Shown here: piece by piece, positions 1 through 11,826 of the stretch | How the letters are laid out: the number at the start of each line of letters is the position of its first letter | How positions within the stretch are numbered: position 1 is the first letter of the stretch | Source: Lama glama | Taxonomy: Eukaryota | Assembly (NCBI GenBank): GCA_028534125.1 | Contig: CM052817.1 | Span: forward strand, 42,844,001 to 42,908,000 | Reading direction: 5' to 3' | DNA: 64,000 bases | Position numbers and translations under genes: made by a program | The notes under the pieces: model-generated | What the model was told of the DNA's origin: nothing | Databases searched by the model: none | What the model saw: only the letters and a program-made list of their open reading frames with translations

Positions 1-574
1 GTTGATTCTCTAAGATAGAAGAGTTTTCCAATTGATATCATTAATTCAGAAGTAAACGTGTTATACCCCCCCAAAAAACTTTCAAAATCACTGACTTCTT
101 AAAATATTGTAGAGCATATTCTAGGTCACATGTTTAAAATGAAATATTAAATGAATAAAGGAAATACACTATGATCACAAATATATAAAGAAACAAACTC
201 AGGAAAAATATTAGAAAGAAATACTAGACATAAAATAGTATTAATGGCTATTCTAGACAATAGAATTCTAGATAATGTTTCCTTTATTATTCTTATTCAT
301 ATTTCCAACTTTTCTGTAATATACAATTATTTGTTCATTTATCTCTTACTCTGCTCCTTAAAGGATCAGGCATAGCTTAAACAGTAAAGATAATCAAGTT
401 AGTAGGTGTTTTATTTTGTGTGTATAAATGAACATAAGGAAGTATTAAAGCTGAGTGGTTAACAACTCGTGATTTGTGTATATTTATTTCCCTTAGATAA
501 CTATAAATGAATACTTATTGTTTATCAAAGTCAGTGATTTTTTTTTCTTAAAGTGAATTTTTTTAATGATACCA

Positions 575-690
575 ATAGTTAATGTGTATAGTACTTGCTC
601 TTTGCCAGGTATTATACTAAGTAATTTATACCTATTCACTCAATTAATCCTCACACAGTAATCCTATGAAGTAAGAACTCTAATTATAAA
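575..690 (-). mobile_element. MIR SINE fragment
   Basis: Degenerate reverse-strand MIR 3' part (TGCCAGGTATTATACTAAG...TTAATCCTCAC...CCTATGAAGTAAG). Confidence 0.65.
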
Positions 691-934
691 TAATATGGTA
701 AAAAAAAAACCACGATAAAAAATCATGGTTAATTTAAAGCTATCAATGATTTATCAACCAGACTGCAAAATTTCTGAAAATGTATCTATCAGCTCGAAAA
801 ACCAATCCATGCCAGCTCCAGCACATTATTGTTTATTAAAGGCTTATCTGCACGTTTTGCAGAGCTGGGCATGCTATAAATAAGTGTAAATATAAACAGC
901 TCTGTTTCTAAAATGATGTCATCAATATGTATGC

Positions 935-1462
935 TATGGTAGACACTGTTGATTGGTTCCCAGTATCTGCCTCCTTTTTTTCTCCCATTTCTTTTTCCTA
1001 AAAGAATTTGATTTTGCACAATGTCCAGTCCTTCTCCTACCCCAGAGGTGAGGCATTCTGATGCATTTAAGCTGGGAAGAGTTCAGCCTTCGTCAGAAGT
1101 TATTATTAGTCAAAAAATGGATGTGTGACTTAAGCTGGCCTAAACAGACTAAAGAGAAGCACGTATACTCCACACTTTGACAAGCGTACTTCTAACACTC
1201 CTGTTGTTTGTGAACAGAGAGGCATGTAATGACTTGTCCGATGGCTAAAGGCAAGTCATTTTAAAACAAGGAGTGGAACAATATTGCGGCTGAAGTCGAG
1301 GCTAAGGGAGGCAGAGAGAAACAAGAAATGTGAGTCCCTGATAACATCTCTGGGGCACTCATCTACACTAAATCTCATGTGAGATTATCAACGCCATCAT
1401 TATCTAAGCAGGTGGAGTTGGAGTTTCTTTTACTTAAAGCCAAAAACATCTAAACTAATACA
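935..1462 (+). mobile_element. Old MaLR LTR (MLT1J/K/L-like)
   Basis: Typical MLT1 3' end GTTGGAGTTTCTTTTACTTAAAGCCAAAAACATCTAAACTAATACA; about 530 bp. Confidence 0.65.
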
Positions 1463-2186
1463 GGCTTAAACTTAGAGAATGACACGATAAACTGTGTGAT
1501 GGATGCATCTAGTTTATGAGCTCAAGCCAGGCTTACCTATCAGTATATAAATCCTAAAGGCTCGCTACACATTTTACGTCTTCTGGTTTTGGTGTCAGAG
1601 GATCTTGTGAAAAGAAGTAAGAGGTAAGTAAGGTAAATGAGGTAGAGGTGGATGAAAAAACAGCATTATCTTCCTTGCACTCAGTCAAGGAATCACATAG
1701 AGGAGAATGATTGTGAAAATACTTTTAAAGGAGGAAAACAATGCTAAGGGATGGTGGGAAGTGAATTCTTGTGTAAGAAATACTACCTGTGAAAGTGAGC
1801 GATTGTAACTGAGTAGAGTTAGTTACTGAGAGCATATCAAAAATAAGTGGAGAAGTGAGGAATAAAAGTTCTACGCACAGACTTTTACCTAATTTAAAGT
1901 CAACATGATATAGAAATAAATAGCCGGATCTTATTGAGAAAGATCATTAGACAAATGACCCCCTCTCTCACACACAATATCTCAGCATATATGCTATAAA
2001 ATCAACTATATTAAAAACATAAAAATATATCAGAGTTTAACTATAATTTTATGACACTCTGGTACATAAAATCAAGCCATATAAAATTTAAAACAAAAGA
2101 TTGCTTTCCTACCATAGTTTATGCTGATGAAACATCAAATGTTAATTTTAGGGAAAAGGGCTTTTGCAAATATGAATTTAGAAATA

Positions 2187-2407
2187 CAGTTGACCCTTGA
2201 ACTCCACAGGGGTTAAGAGTGCTAACCTTCCAAGGAGTCAAAAAATCCATCTATAACATTACAGCTGGTCATACATACTTGTAGTTCCACATCTGCCAAT
2301 TCAACAAGGGCGCCGTAGTCCTATTTACCGAAAAAAAAAAAAAAAAAAAGAAATCTATGTATAAGCTGACCCACGCAGTTCAAACTCATGTTGTTCAAGG
2401 TCAACTG
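2187..2407. mobile_element. Tigger-derived MITE (MER8-like), complete
   Basis: TIRs CAGTTGACCCTTGAAC / GTTCAAGG-TCAACTG, flanked by TA at 2185-2186 and 2408-2409; internal A-run at 2331-2349. Confidence 0.9.
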
Positions 2408-4489
2408 TAATTTCAAAATGGCAGTCAGACCACACTGTACTCCCAAATCATTAGATTAGCACCGGCCACTGTATCCTAAAGACAGCTAAATCTGCCACAA
2501 ATCACATACACCAATTGCTTTTACCAACTACATTTCTAGCCCATACACCCTCACTAGCCTGTGAATATTTTCAGCATACAGCTGAATAACTGAACCCCAA
2601 AGCTCTTACTTCATTAATACTCCTATCTGTCCCACAAATACGGTTGTCTCCCTGTGCTTTTGGCAGTTGCTAGAATTAATTCGTTAGTTGATAACCTCAT
2701 CCAATACCTAATTGTGATAATAATTAACCAGTATACTTTTTAAAATATCCTGGAATCCATGTATAAGTAAGTGAGTGTCTAGTTTTTGTGTAAAGTATTG
2801 TGTATGGTATTATAAAGAGTGAAGAAAATAGTGTATGATGTAGTCTGTGTCCCAAGGAGTTCACAATTTAATTGTGAAGATAAGGTTAAGATTTATGGAC
2901 AAAAACAAACATTACAAGACACTATACAAATCGTAATATTCAAGAAAGACAGAAATACCTTGTTGACCCAGAATTCAGCCTATAATCAACCACACCTCTT
3001 ACAACTCAGAGAGGGAGGCCAGAAAGCTTTTATCACGTTGTACATTTCAAGGGCTTACAAGAAAGGAAGCCTTGAGTCCTCATTGGAGATTAGTTCCTAT
3101 TTTTATAATATCCTAACAAACTAGACTACATAATTCAAAGAGACAATTGATTTAAAAGTGACAAAATAGACCTTGGGAGAAGTAACGGCCCAGAGGAAAA
3201 AACGAAGAAGAAAAAGTTTAATAATAAGGGAATAATCCTACACATTTCAGTGGCACCTAAGAGTACTGTTTTACTAATAAAAATCATTGTTCATAGTGAT
3301 GACCCTGAGTTATCAAGAAAGTGTGAAATTAGAATAATCTGTTTAAGATGGCAAGGAGGCATATAAAATTATCTTTGAAAATATTTCATTTAAAATATCT
3401 GAGTTATAGTGCTTATGACAGGGGATCTGCCATTCAGAATTATGCTTCCAGTTTTCAGATAGCAGAGGTTTCAGTGTACATTTTGTTCTAGAAAATTCCA
3501 GGGAGACACCTGGCATTGGCTGAGTCTTTTTTAGCTCTCATGATTAAAAAAAAAGTTGATATTTCTTTCTAGAATATTTTCCAAGATGAAGTGTTTATAA
3601 ACTCACATCTTTGGGGAAGTTTACCAAGTGGGGATAAGAAGATGGTCCATTCTAGACCCATTAAAAAGAACGGCATTCTCAGCAATTTTTACCTTGCTTC
3701 TCTTTTCTGCAAAGTGAGCCATTCAGGCATTGCATCTTCTGAAATTTCCTCGCCTCTTTCAGGGAAGCATATTGGGGCAGAGCTTGCCAGCTGTCTGCTC
3801 CCTTTGCCTTCTGCTGCCATTATCCCGAGGTACCGCCCCACCTTCTGGCCCTCCAGCTTGTGGGGGGTGGGGAAGAGGGAGGAGAACAGAACTCTTGCTG
3901 CCTCTGACATGCGTAACACAATGAAAAGAGCAGAAGGATGTATAGCTATACATATATTTGTCTCCCTCTATACAGACATATATAGACTGATAGTGTGAGT
4001 GTGTGCATGGAAATACATGTGAATCCACACGCCCAGTGCCAGAATTACTCTGTATGTATATATACAGAGTATATATTCCATATGCTCGCTCTTTCTGCAG
4101 CACACATATGCATCTGGGAATAACTGCTGTGAAAAAAAAATACATACTTACCAAATTATCAAGCAGAAACAAGTATATATGGAATTTAACTATAATAAAT
4201 TCTTCTCATCTGTTGCCGCCTTTATTAAAGCATGCTTACACAGCTTAAGAAAATATCTAGCATTTCATATTGGATGCATATAAAAAGACCTCCTTTTCTT
4301 AAAGTCCCCGTTTTACACTGCTCAGCCAACGTCATTGTGCTGGTTTTGGAAGAACAACTAATGCAGTCAAATGGTTTAAAAAGGCACCATAAACACCTAA
4401 TGCTACATATGATGGTTGTGGAGATGTTGGAATGAGGGAAAAGCACAGGATAGTGTGGGCAGGTGAACAGATGAGAGGATTCACTAATA

Positions 4490-5042
4490 GACAAATACAT
4501 GTAACGATTACTATGTACAAGTCACTGTCCCAAAGCTCCTGGCACATACTGTGTCATTTCATCCTCAGCAGGGCCCTGTGTATGGGGCACCATTACTCTC
4601 AGCATTTCACAGATCAGGAAAGTGGAGCTTAGAGAGAATAAACAATTGAACTGAGGGGCTAGGATCCAGCCACAGTGTGTCTGTCTCCAGAGCCTGTTTT
4701 TTTGTTTTTTTTGTTTTTTGTTTTTTTGTTTGTTTTGTATTTTATTAAACCATAGTTGATTTAAAATGCTGTGTTAGTTTCTGGTGTACAGCATATCGCT
4801 TCAGTTATACATATATGTATTTTTCTTTTTCATATTTTTTATCATTATAGGTCACTACAAGATATTGAATATAGTTCCCTGTGCTAAACAGTAGGACTTT
4901 GTTGTTTATCTATTTTATATACAGTAGTTAGCAGAGGAAATGCTAGTTTGAAAAGACACATGCACTCCAGTGTTCACAGCAGCACTGTTTACAACAGCCA
5001 GGACAGAGAGCTGTTTTTTTAACTACCACTTTGGGCTGCCTC
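4490..5042 (-). mobile_element. MIR split by an L1 insertion
   Basis: MIR body at 4490-4696 (CATTTCACAGATCAGGAAAGTGGAGCTTAGAGAG) resumes at about 5018-5042 after the L1. Confidence 0.7.
4697..5006 (-). mobile_element. Short L1 3' end with 5' inversion
   Basis: T-rich tail and L1 3' UTR (CAAGATATTGAATATAGTTCCCTGTGC) on minus to about 4931, then an opposite-orientation L1 piece at 4932-5004; flanks AGAGCCTGTTTT / AGAG-CTGTTTT. Confidence 0.85.
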
Positions 5043-6564
5043 TTGCCCAGGGTAGAAATATCTCACACACATAAAAGCATATATTATGCATATAGGAATA
5101 GAAAAGTTGCTGATACTAGTCTGGGTGGTGGAAGTTAAACCTTCCTTTTCAAATCTTTTATATCATTCCTTTACTGTAGTAATTGAAAAAAATTTATGAC
5201 GTGTGGTTTGACCAATCAGTGTAATCTAAACTGGGTTATTGGGGGTTCAGTTACAATAAGTCTGATGTAAAATTTTAACTTGATTTAAAAAATAATTCTA
5301 AGTGTGTAAACTTAAATGAGCATTAAAATAGAATCACTTTTTTTTCTAATGATATAATAATGTTTACTAAAATTTATTGGGATAATACTATGGTTTGTTG
5401 AAAGACAACAATAAGCCAATTTCTTTCCTGATGCTTGTGTCACTCTCTCAGGGGAGTTGGGTTGCACATTCAACGGACGTATCGACTCTTTGAGACCAGT
5501 ACAATACACTGAATATGCCTTTAGTGGCCTGAAAATGCAGGTGATTAAGCATGCAGAGGCCAAGTGACAAATGGCAGTGATCCCAACCATTTCTCAATGA
5601 AGACTTCTTGTTTAGGAATTTATAAGAACGTAATCACTTAGTAAGATCTATCACCCACTTCACAGGCTTCAATTATTCATCTCACTAACACACTGAGCTC
5701 AATTTTCCTTGGTGTCTAAATTGCTTCCTGATACTAATTTAAGGGTTTAGGGAGGAATCCTAACTCATTTAGGCTACTTGGTACTGTTAAGACTAGTGAA
5801 ATATATTTCAGAAAGGGATGCCATTCGGACAACATTTTCAAAAAATTGTTCAGCCCACAAGCTTATCGCTAGCCTGACCACTTACAAATTTCAGAAAGTA
5901 AGGCGTGTAGCCATTTAGCACCTAATCCTTGCAATTACATAAAGGACAGTATTATCAGGTAAAATTTATGCAAGCCTTAAAATTATGTTTCAGAAGCAAA
6001 GGACAGTTTTGCAGAGGTTATGTAGATAATTTGCTAAAGTCGCTGATAATTTACTGATCCCTTGGTTTGAGGGGGCTTGTTATTGTTCTTAAATAAAACC
6101 AAAATTATTAGTTTTATTTATGACTCCTTGATTTTTCAAAGCTCACAGTCTAGGAAGAATTTCTTTAAAGAAGTATAACCCTATATAGCAAAAATACTCT
6201 AATATGTGAAATACGTATTAACCCTATGCAGACGTATGACTGTTACTAAAATACTAAGTTATAAAACTATGGATATTGATTTAGGAAAGGAATGGAGTTA
6301 AAAAAATAGTCTAGAACTACTTCCTGGGCTTAATCTCTCTCTCTCTCTCTTTTTTTTAAAATGGAGGCAGGGTAACATCTAATCAAGCACAAGTCTGGTT
6401 TTAGTGGCTTTAATTTTATATGTGAGCTAAAAAGCAACAGATATGAAAGCATACGTAACTGCTTCAATCAGAAATGCAGAATAGCTGTACTTTAAGTCAT
6501 TCACAGAATATTTCCTTCACAGCAGATAGAACCTTGGACTCTCAAATCACAGTACTTTGAAACT

Positions 6565-6795
6565 AACATTTATTATTTGTTATGTTCCGCTCTAGCAGAT
6601 AAGCCCAATGGTAGTTTCTTTTAAAATATTTAACTCTTACAACAATCTTAAGAGAGAGCTACTAGTATAGTATTTATCAGGTGAGGAAACTGGGGCTTAA
6701 GAGAGTGTAAATGGCTTTCTAGAAATGACTTGGTAAGAGGCCAGGTGGGAATAAAAACCAGGATGTTTAATTCCAAAACTGAAGCCTTTGATCAC
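6565..6795 (-). mobile_element. MIR SINE
   Basis: Core CAGGTGAGGAAACTGGGGCTTAAGAGAG. Confidence 0.7.
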
Positions 6796-7139
6796 CGTAA
6801 TTGACCACCATGATATTTTACCACTTCTGTTCAATTCTTACTGGAAGCTAAGTTTTCCAAAATTTATTTATTGAAGCTTTCCTGAAGAACTGGTCATGCT
6901 GTTCTTTTACTTCTTTAAATATACTAATTCCAAATTTGATCAGTAAGTGATGCTTAAAAGCCATAATTTTACCTTTACATAATTGCTTGTAAAGGAATTA
7001 TGCTGCAATGTTTGACACAAACCTACACAGAGGATTATTATTAGAAAGAGGCATATAAAATTCATTACTGTATAACAAAAGTTGTTGAAAACATCATCAG
7101 CCCCACCAAAAGAGAATCTTCTTGTTTTTTAAATGGAAA

Positions 7140-8430
7140 GCTATGTTTTTTATTTCTTTACATTCTAGAAAAATTAGAAGACAGTATGAAAGTTGTTTAA
7201 AACACTCATAATCCCCACTACTCAATGTCAGTAATGATAAATCTTTGGAGTCTGACTTTCTTGGCTAATTTTCTATGCTAATATATTAAAAAGTTTGTTA
7301 ACTGTAGTGGTCTGCTCCAGCTGCCCTAAGAAAATGCCACAACTGGGTGGCTTAAACAACAGAAATGTATTTTCTCACAGTTCTTCAGGCTGGGAGTCCC
7401 CAGATCAAGGTGTGGCAGAGTAAGTTTCTGGTGAGACCAATCTCACTGGCTTGCAGACAGCCTCCTTCTTACTGTGTCCTTATATGGCCTTCTCCTCTGT
7501 GTGTTCACACTGCAGCAGGGAGATGGGGGTGTGGATGCGACACATCTCTGGCACCTCCTCCTCTTATAAATATACTAGTCCTATCGGATTAGGGTCCCAC
7601 ACTTATGACCTCATTTAACCTTAATTACTTCTTTAAAGGCCCTATCTTCCCGTGTATTCACATGGGGGATTAGGGCTTCAACATATAAACGGGGAGGGGG
7701 GGGTCCCAATTCAGTTAATAACATTAGGTATAAAATAATACTTTACATGATTGTTTTACAACCTGATTTTGCTCTAATCAGTGTAATGTGAACATCTTAG
7801 CACATCAAGAAATATCTATCTATAGTTTCACTGTTATTCTAATAGATGAGATGTCCCATAATTTATTAAAATGAAACCTTCATTGTTGAGTCTTGTTGAG
7901 AATACTTGAGTTTTCCTTATTGTAAACAATATTGCTAGTAGCTTTTTTGCAGCTACACAAAACTTTGTTTAGATCTTGGATTTCCTGAGGATATATTTCT
8001 AGTAGAAAAATTGCTGAGTCAAACAGTAAGTAGACTATGAAGACCTTTTGTATGTATTGCAAACACGCCTTTCAGAAAAATTGTATCAAGCAGTGCTTGA
8101 GACTGTTGGTTTGCCGAATCCTTACAAAAGATGTGTATTAGTTTTTGGCAATTTGACATGTAAAAAACTGACTTCTATTTGATGTTTCAATTTGCATTTC
8201 TATTATTTCTAATAAGATCAGGGTTTTAAAAATGGTTTTTAGTCATTTGTATTTCTTTTCTGAGGATTGTCTGTTCATGTCCCTTACCTCTTTTTCTATT
8301 AGAGTGCTCATCCTTTTGTCATTAAAATACAAAAGAGCCATTAACCCTTTTTAGTATCACATCCATTTCAGTTTTCCAGTTTGCTTTTTATTTTATGTGT
8401 AATATTTTCTGATATTTTAAATATTTCGAT
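7140..8430 (-). mobile_element. Old L1 (L1ME-like) 3' region, interrupted by an MLT1A
   Basis: Antisense L1 hallmarks: TTTGCATTTCTATTATTTCTAAT, GTCATTTGTATTTCTTTTCTGAGGATTGTCTGTTCATGTCC, TTGCTGAGTCAAA. Confidence 0.75.
7303..7723 (-). mobile_element. MaLR solo LTR (MLT1A-like)
   Basis: TG...CA ends; GGTGGCTTAAACAACAGAAATGTATTTTCTCACAGTTC and ATGACCTCATTTAACCTTAATTAC motifs. Confidence 0.9.
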
Positions 8431-8631
8431 CATACTATCAGAAAAAGTCTACTTCTCCGAGACAATAGTGCCTTTTTGTCTTATGGACCCTATGCATTAT
8501 ATAACTGATTTTGTTTTTCTTTCCTCTGACTACAAGGAAGGTTAGAAACAAATTTATAACCTACCTCTAACAACTATGGAAAATAAGAAATAGGCGTACT
8601 TCTACAGGATAATATAGTCCTTTACTATGTC

Positions 8632-8976
8632 TTTTTTTTAATTGAGATATAGTTGATTTACAATGTTGTGTTAGTTTCGGGTGCACAGCAAAGTGATTCA
8701 GTCATATATATATATACACACACATATGTATGTATTCTTTTCATATTCTTTTCATTATAGATTATTACAAGCTATTGAATATAGTTCCCTGTGCTCTACT
8801 GTAGGACCTTGTTGTTTATTTATTTTGTATATAGTAGTTTGTATCTGTTAATCCTAAACTCCTAATTTACCCCTCACTTTCCCCTTTGCTAACCATAAGT
8901 TTGTTTTCTATGTCTGTGAGTCTGTTTTTGTTCTGTAAATAAATTCATTTGTCATTTTTTTAATATTCCACATATA
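8632..8976 (-). mobile_element. 5'-truncated L1 3' UTR (cetartiodactyl type)
   Basis: Poly-T then ATTGAGATATAGTTGATTTACAATGTTGTGTTAG...TATTGAATATAGTTCCCTGTGC; possible degenerate TSD TACTATGT-CT / TACTGTGTTCT. Confidence 0.9.
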
Positions 8977-10099
8977 CTGTGTTCTTATATTTATTTCTAT
9001 TCATCAAAGTTTCCTCAGCGACTTAAGATACTTTCGTAGTATGTGTGCATGTATGTGTTGTGTGTGTTGCAAGATACTTCAAACAACTTCAAAGTTTAGA
9101 ATACATCCATTTGACTACCATTAATAATTGAGTCAAATATTCATCATTTGTTCAAATATAATAAATAAGAGATAAAATCAACTTTAGTTGTGGACCTTTT
9201 TCTTTTCTCTTTTGAGGCCTGGATACTTGCTCATGATTTATAAACTGGTTTAAAGATAATTCTGAATGCAAAGCTCTAAAACTGTCAATGCTGACATCAT
9301 TGGAACAGTTAGAAACTCCAGGGAAAAAATTTAGCCTAAGAAGATACAACTTTAAAAATATTTGTTTAAAATATTATAGCTCAACAAATAAATTTGTCTT
9401 GCAATACATATATATAATGTTTTCAACATACTTTCATTCTATATACATAAAAAGTCCAATGAAGTTGAATAGAAAAAGTCTTAGTTGACTTAACTAGCAA
9501 GAGTCTGTATGAAAGAGCACACTAGATGATCCTCTGGCTTTAAGGAAAACTTGGCCATAGAAACCAGTTGTAGCTTTTAACTGTTCTAAGTACAACACTG
9601 CCATGTAGATAGATGATAGCCAACATATATATAAATGTCTATAATCCTAAATCTTTTAGAAACATCACTACATATTAATAAGCAAGTCTAGTTATTCACC
9701 AGTTCACACTGTAATTCTGGTTGATTTTTGTTTCCTTTATGTTAAGCTAATGGCCAATAAGGAGATTTTGAGAAGATGAATTTCATTTTATGTTTATGTA
9801 AGACCAGAATCCTGAAGTTCAATTGAGGAAAACATTACAGAACTCAGGGAAGGGTAAATACTACCCACACATCACAAGATTCACCTGTTTGAAATGCGAT
9901 GTGAACAAAGATAGTAGAAAGGACACAAGAGGTTGAAGTTATTATTTTAATAGCCTCACAGTAGTGCTCATTAGGAAGTACCTCTAAATAACTCAATAAC
10001 CACTCGAAGTGGCTTAAATACTCACCACTTATTGTGTGTCAAAAATTTGGGTCTAAGTTTAAGAGTAATAATTTAGAAAACTGAAAGGCTCAAATGGAA

Positions 10100-10970
10100 T
10101 ATTTACATGGAATAGCTGAGGAGGACAGGTGAGAAGGATTTTAATCACAAAAGAAAAAAAAAAAACAAACCTAAACAGAATCTTCTATAGATTCAACCAC
10201 ATAAAAATTTAAAAGTCCTAAACACTAAAAATATAAACATCAAAATAAAAGGGGAAACTAAAAATAAAAAAATCTTCCTCATATACAGCAGGCAAAGGAT
10301 TATTGCCTTTAATATAAAAAGGGCTCTAACAAGTAGTGTGAAAACATTAGAATCCTAGTAGAAAAACTGGCAAAAGACAAAGATTTGATGATTCATGGAG
10401 AAAGTAAAATAAATATGAACAGGTAAACAATGCTAACTAAATTAACTAAATTAAAACGATTTTCCATGTTTTATTCATCAATATTCAATAATGTTGAAAA
10501 ACTATTGAAATCAGCAATCTCATTTAGTGCTGATAAATTTGATGTGATATTGCTATAAGCAATTTTACTACATGTACAAAGAACTTCAAAAAGAAGTCCA
10601 CGGTCCTTGATACATTAATCCTATTCCTAGGAATCTACTTTAAGATTTGCCCAAAGAGTTCTGGAAAGATGTTTTTATGGCATTATTCATCATGGTTAAA
10701 ACTTGGGAACAAAGTAAATGTCTAATGAGTAAATGAATTAAAGAACAGTGATGCATTATGTTTTAAAACACTTTAAAACCTTATTTTCAAGGAATATCAT
10801 GAAACTTACAATAAAACAAAAAATCTTTAAAAAAATGAAATTCTACATACGGTCTGAATCCAATTGGTTAAAAAAGTTATAAATTTAATGTAAAATTGTA
10901 TACAAATACATACAAATAAATATGTATATTATATATAGTTATTACACATCTATTTTCCTGTATTTTTGAA
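10100..10970 (+). mobile_element. Old L1 (L1ME/MC-like) fragment
   Basis: A-rich sense L1 ORF2-end/3' UTR motifs (GTAGAAAAACTGGCAAAAGAC, AATCCTATTCCTAGGAATCTAC). Confidence 0.65.
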
Positions 10971-11299
10971 TTGGGACTTTGACTTCCTGAAAACAACAAG
11001 GTACAGTGGAAAACAACTTTGTCAGGAACTAGTAAGAAGGCATCTGCACCAACGGAAAACTAAGGATTTCACAGTGAGCTGCATAGATGAAAGGTTCGTG
11101 AAGGATGGAAGACTCCGATTGGAAGAACAAAAGGAATCAATGGTAAGAAAACTCAATTTGTCATCATTTTTGTAACTGTTTGAGTTGCTTCCAGCTTAGG
11201 GTCTCTAATTATGAGTTCTATGCACTTTCTTACATGAAGCATTTCATTTCTTCTATGGCTCTTACATGGAGAACAACTTCCCTAAATGTTCTCCTAAAA

Positions 11300-11826
11300 T
11301 CTATTCTCCCAAATAACTCCTACTTATGCCTCAGGTCTTTAAAGTCATTTCTTTTTGAAAGCCAAATCTGCCCAGAACAGGTCAAGTCCCCTGTTTATAC
11401 AATATCATCACACTTATTTCCCTTATTACTAATGTAATTAAATAATTAAATGGATGATTGGTTGCTTAATGCCACCTTCCTTTTTCCCTGAACATAAGTT
11501 CTATGAGCATAGAGACCAGCTCTATCTTGTTCACCGCTCTGTCGCCAAGGCCCAGCAAATAATAAATAGCATATTACTATGTGCCAGGTACCCTCAAGCA
11601 TTTCAAGTGTATTCATTCAGTTTATCTTCACAACAATCCTGTGAGAGAGATACTAAAATAATCTTCATTTGAAGAGGAAACTGAGGCACAAAGTGCCAAG
11701 GTCATAGAACTAGTAAAGAGGGGGCCAGGATTCAAACTCAGGCAGCCTGGCATCCTTAACCATGACCTCCTTGTTACAGGTATCCCACTCATGAATATTT
11801 GAGTGAATATTTAGAGAAATGAATGA
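11300..11826 (+). mobile_element. L2 3' end split by a MIR
   Basis: TAAGTTCTATGAGCATAGAGACCAGCTCTATCTTGTTCACCGCT; tail resumes at about 11775 and ends AAATGAATGA. Confidence 0.7.
11560..11765 (-). mobile_element. MIR inside the L2
   Basis: TACTATGTGCCAGG...GAGGAAACTGAGGCACA...CCAAGGTCA...GGATTCAAACTCAGGCAG. Confidence 0.9.

Noticed and set aside
1598..1630. Perfect donor GAG|GTAAGT after a possible 25-nt micro-exon
   Set aside because: Lies in a short AGGTAA-type repetitive tract with a weak acceptor; likely chance.
3591..4632. Dense overlapping ORFs on both strands
   Set aside because: No recognisable protein similarity; low-complexity composition. Only the splice-bounded 3693-3820 segment is kept as a candidate.
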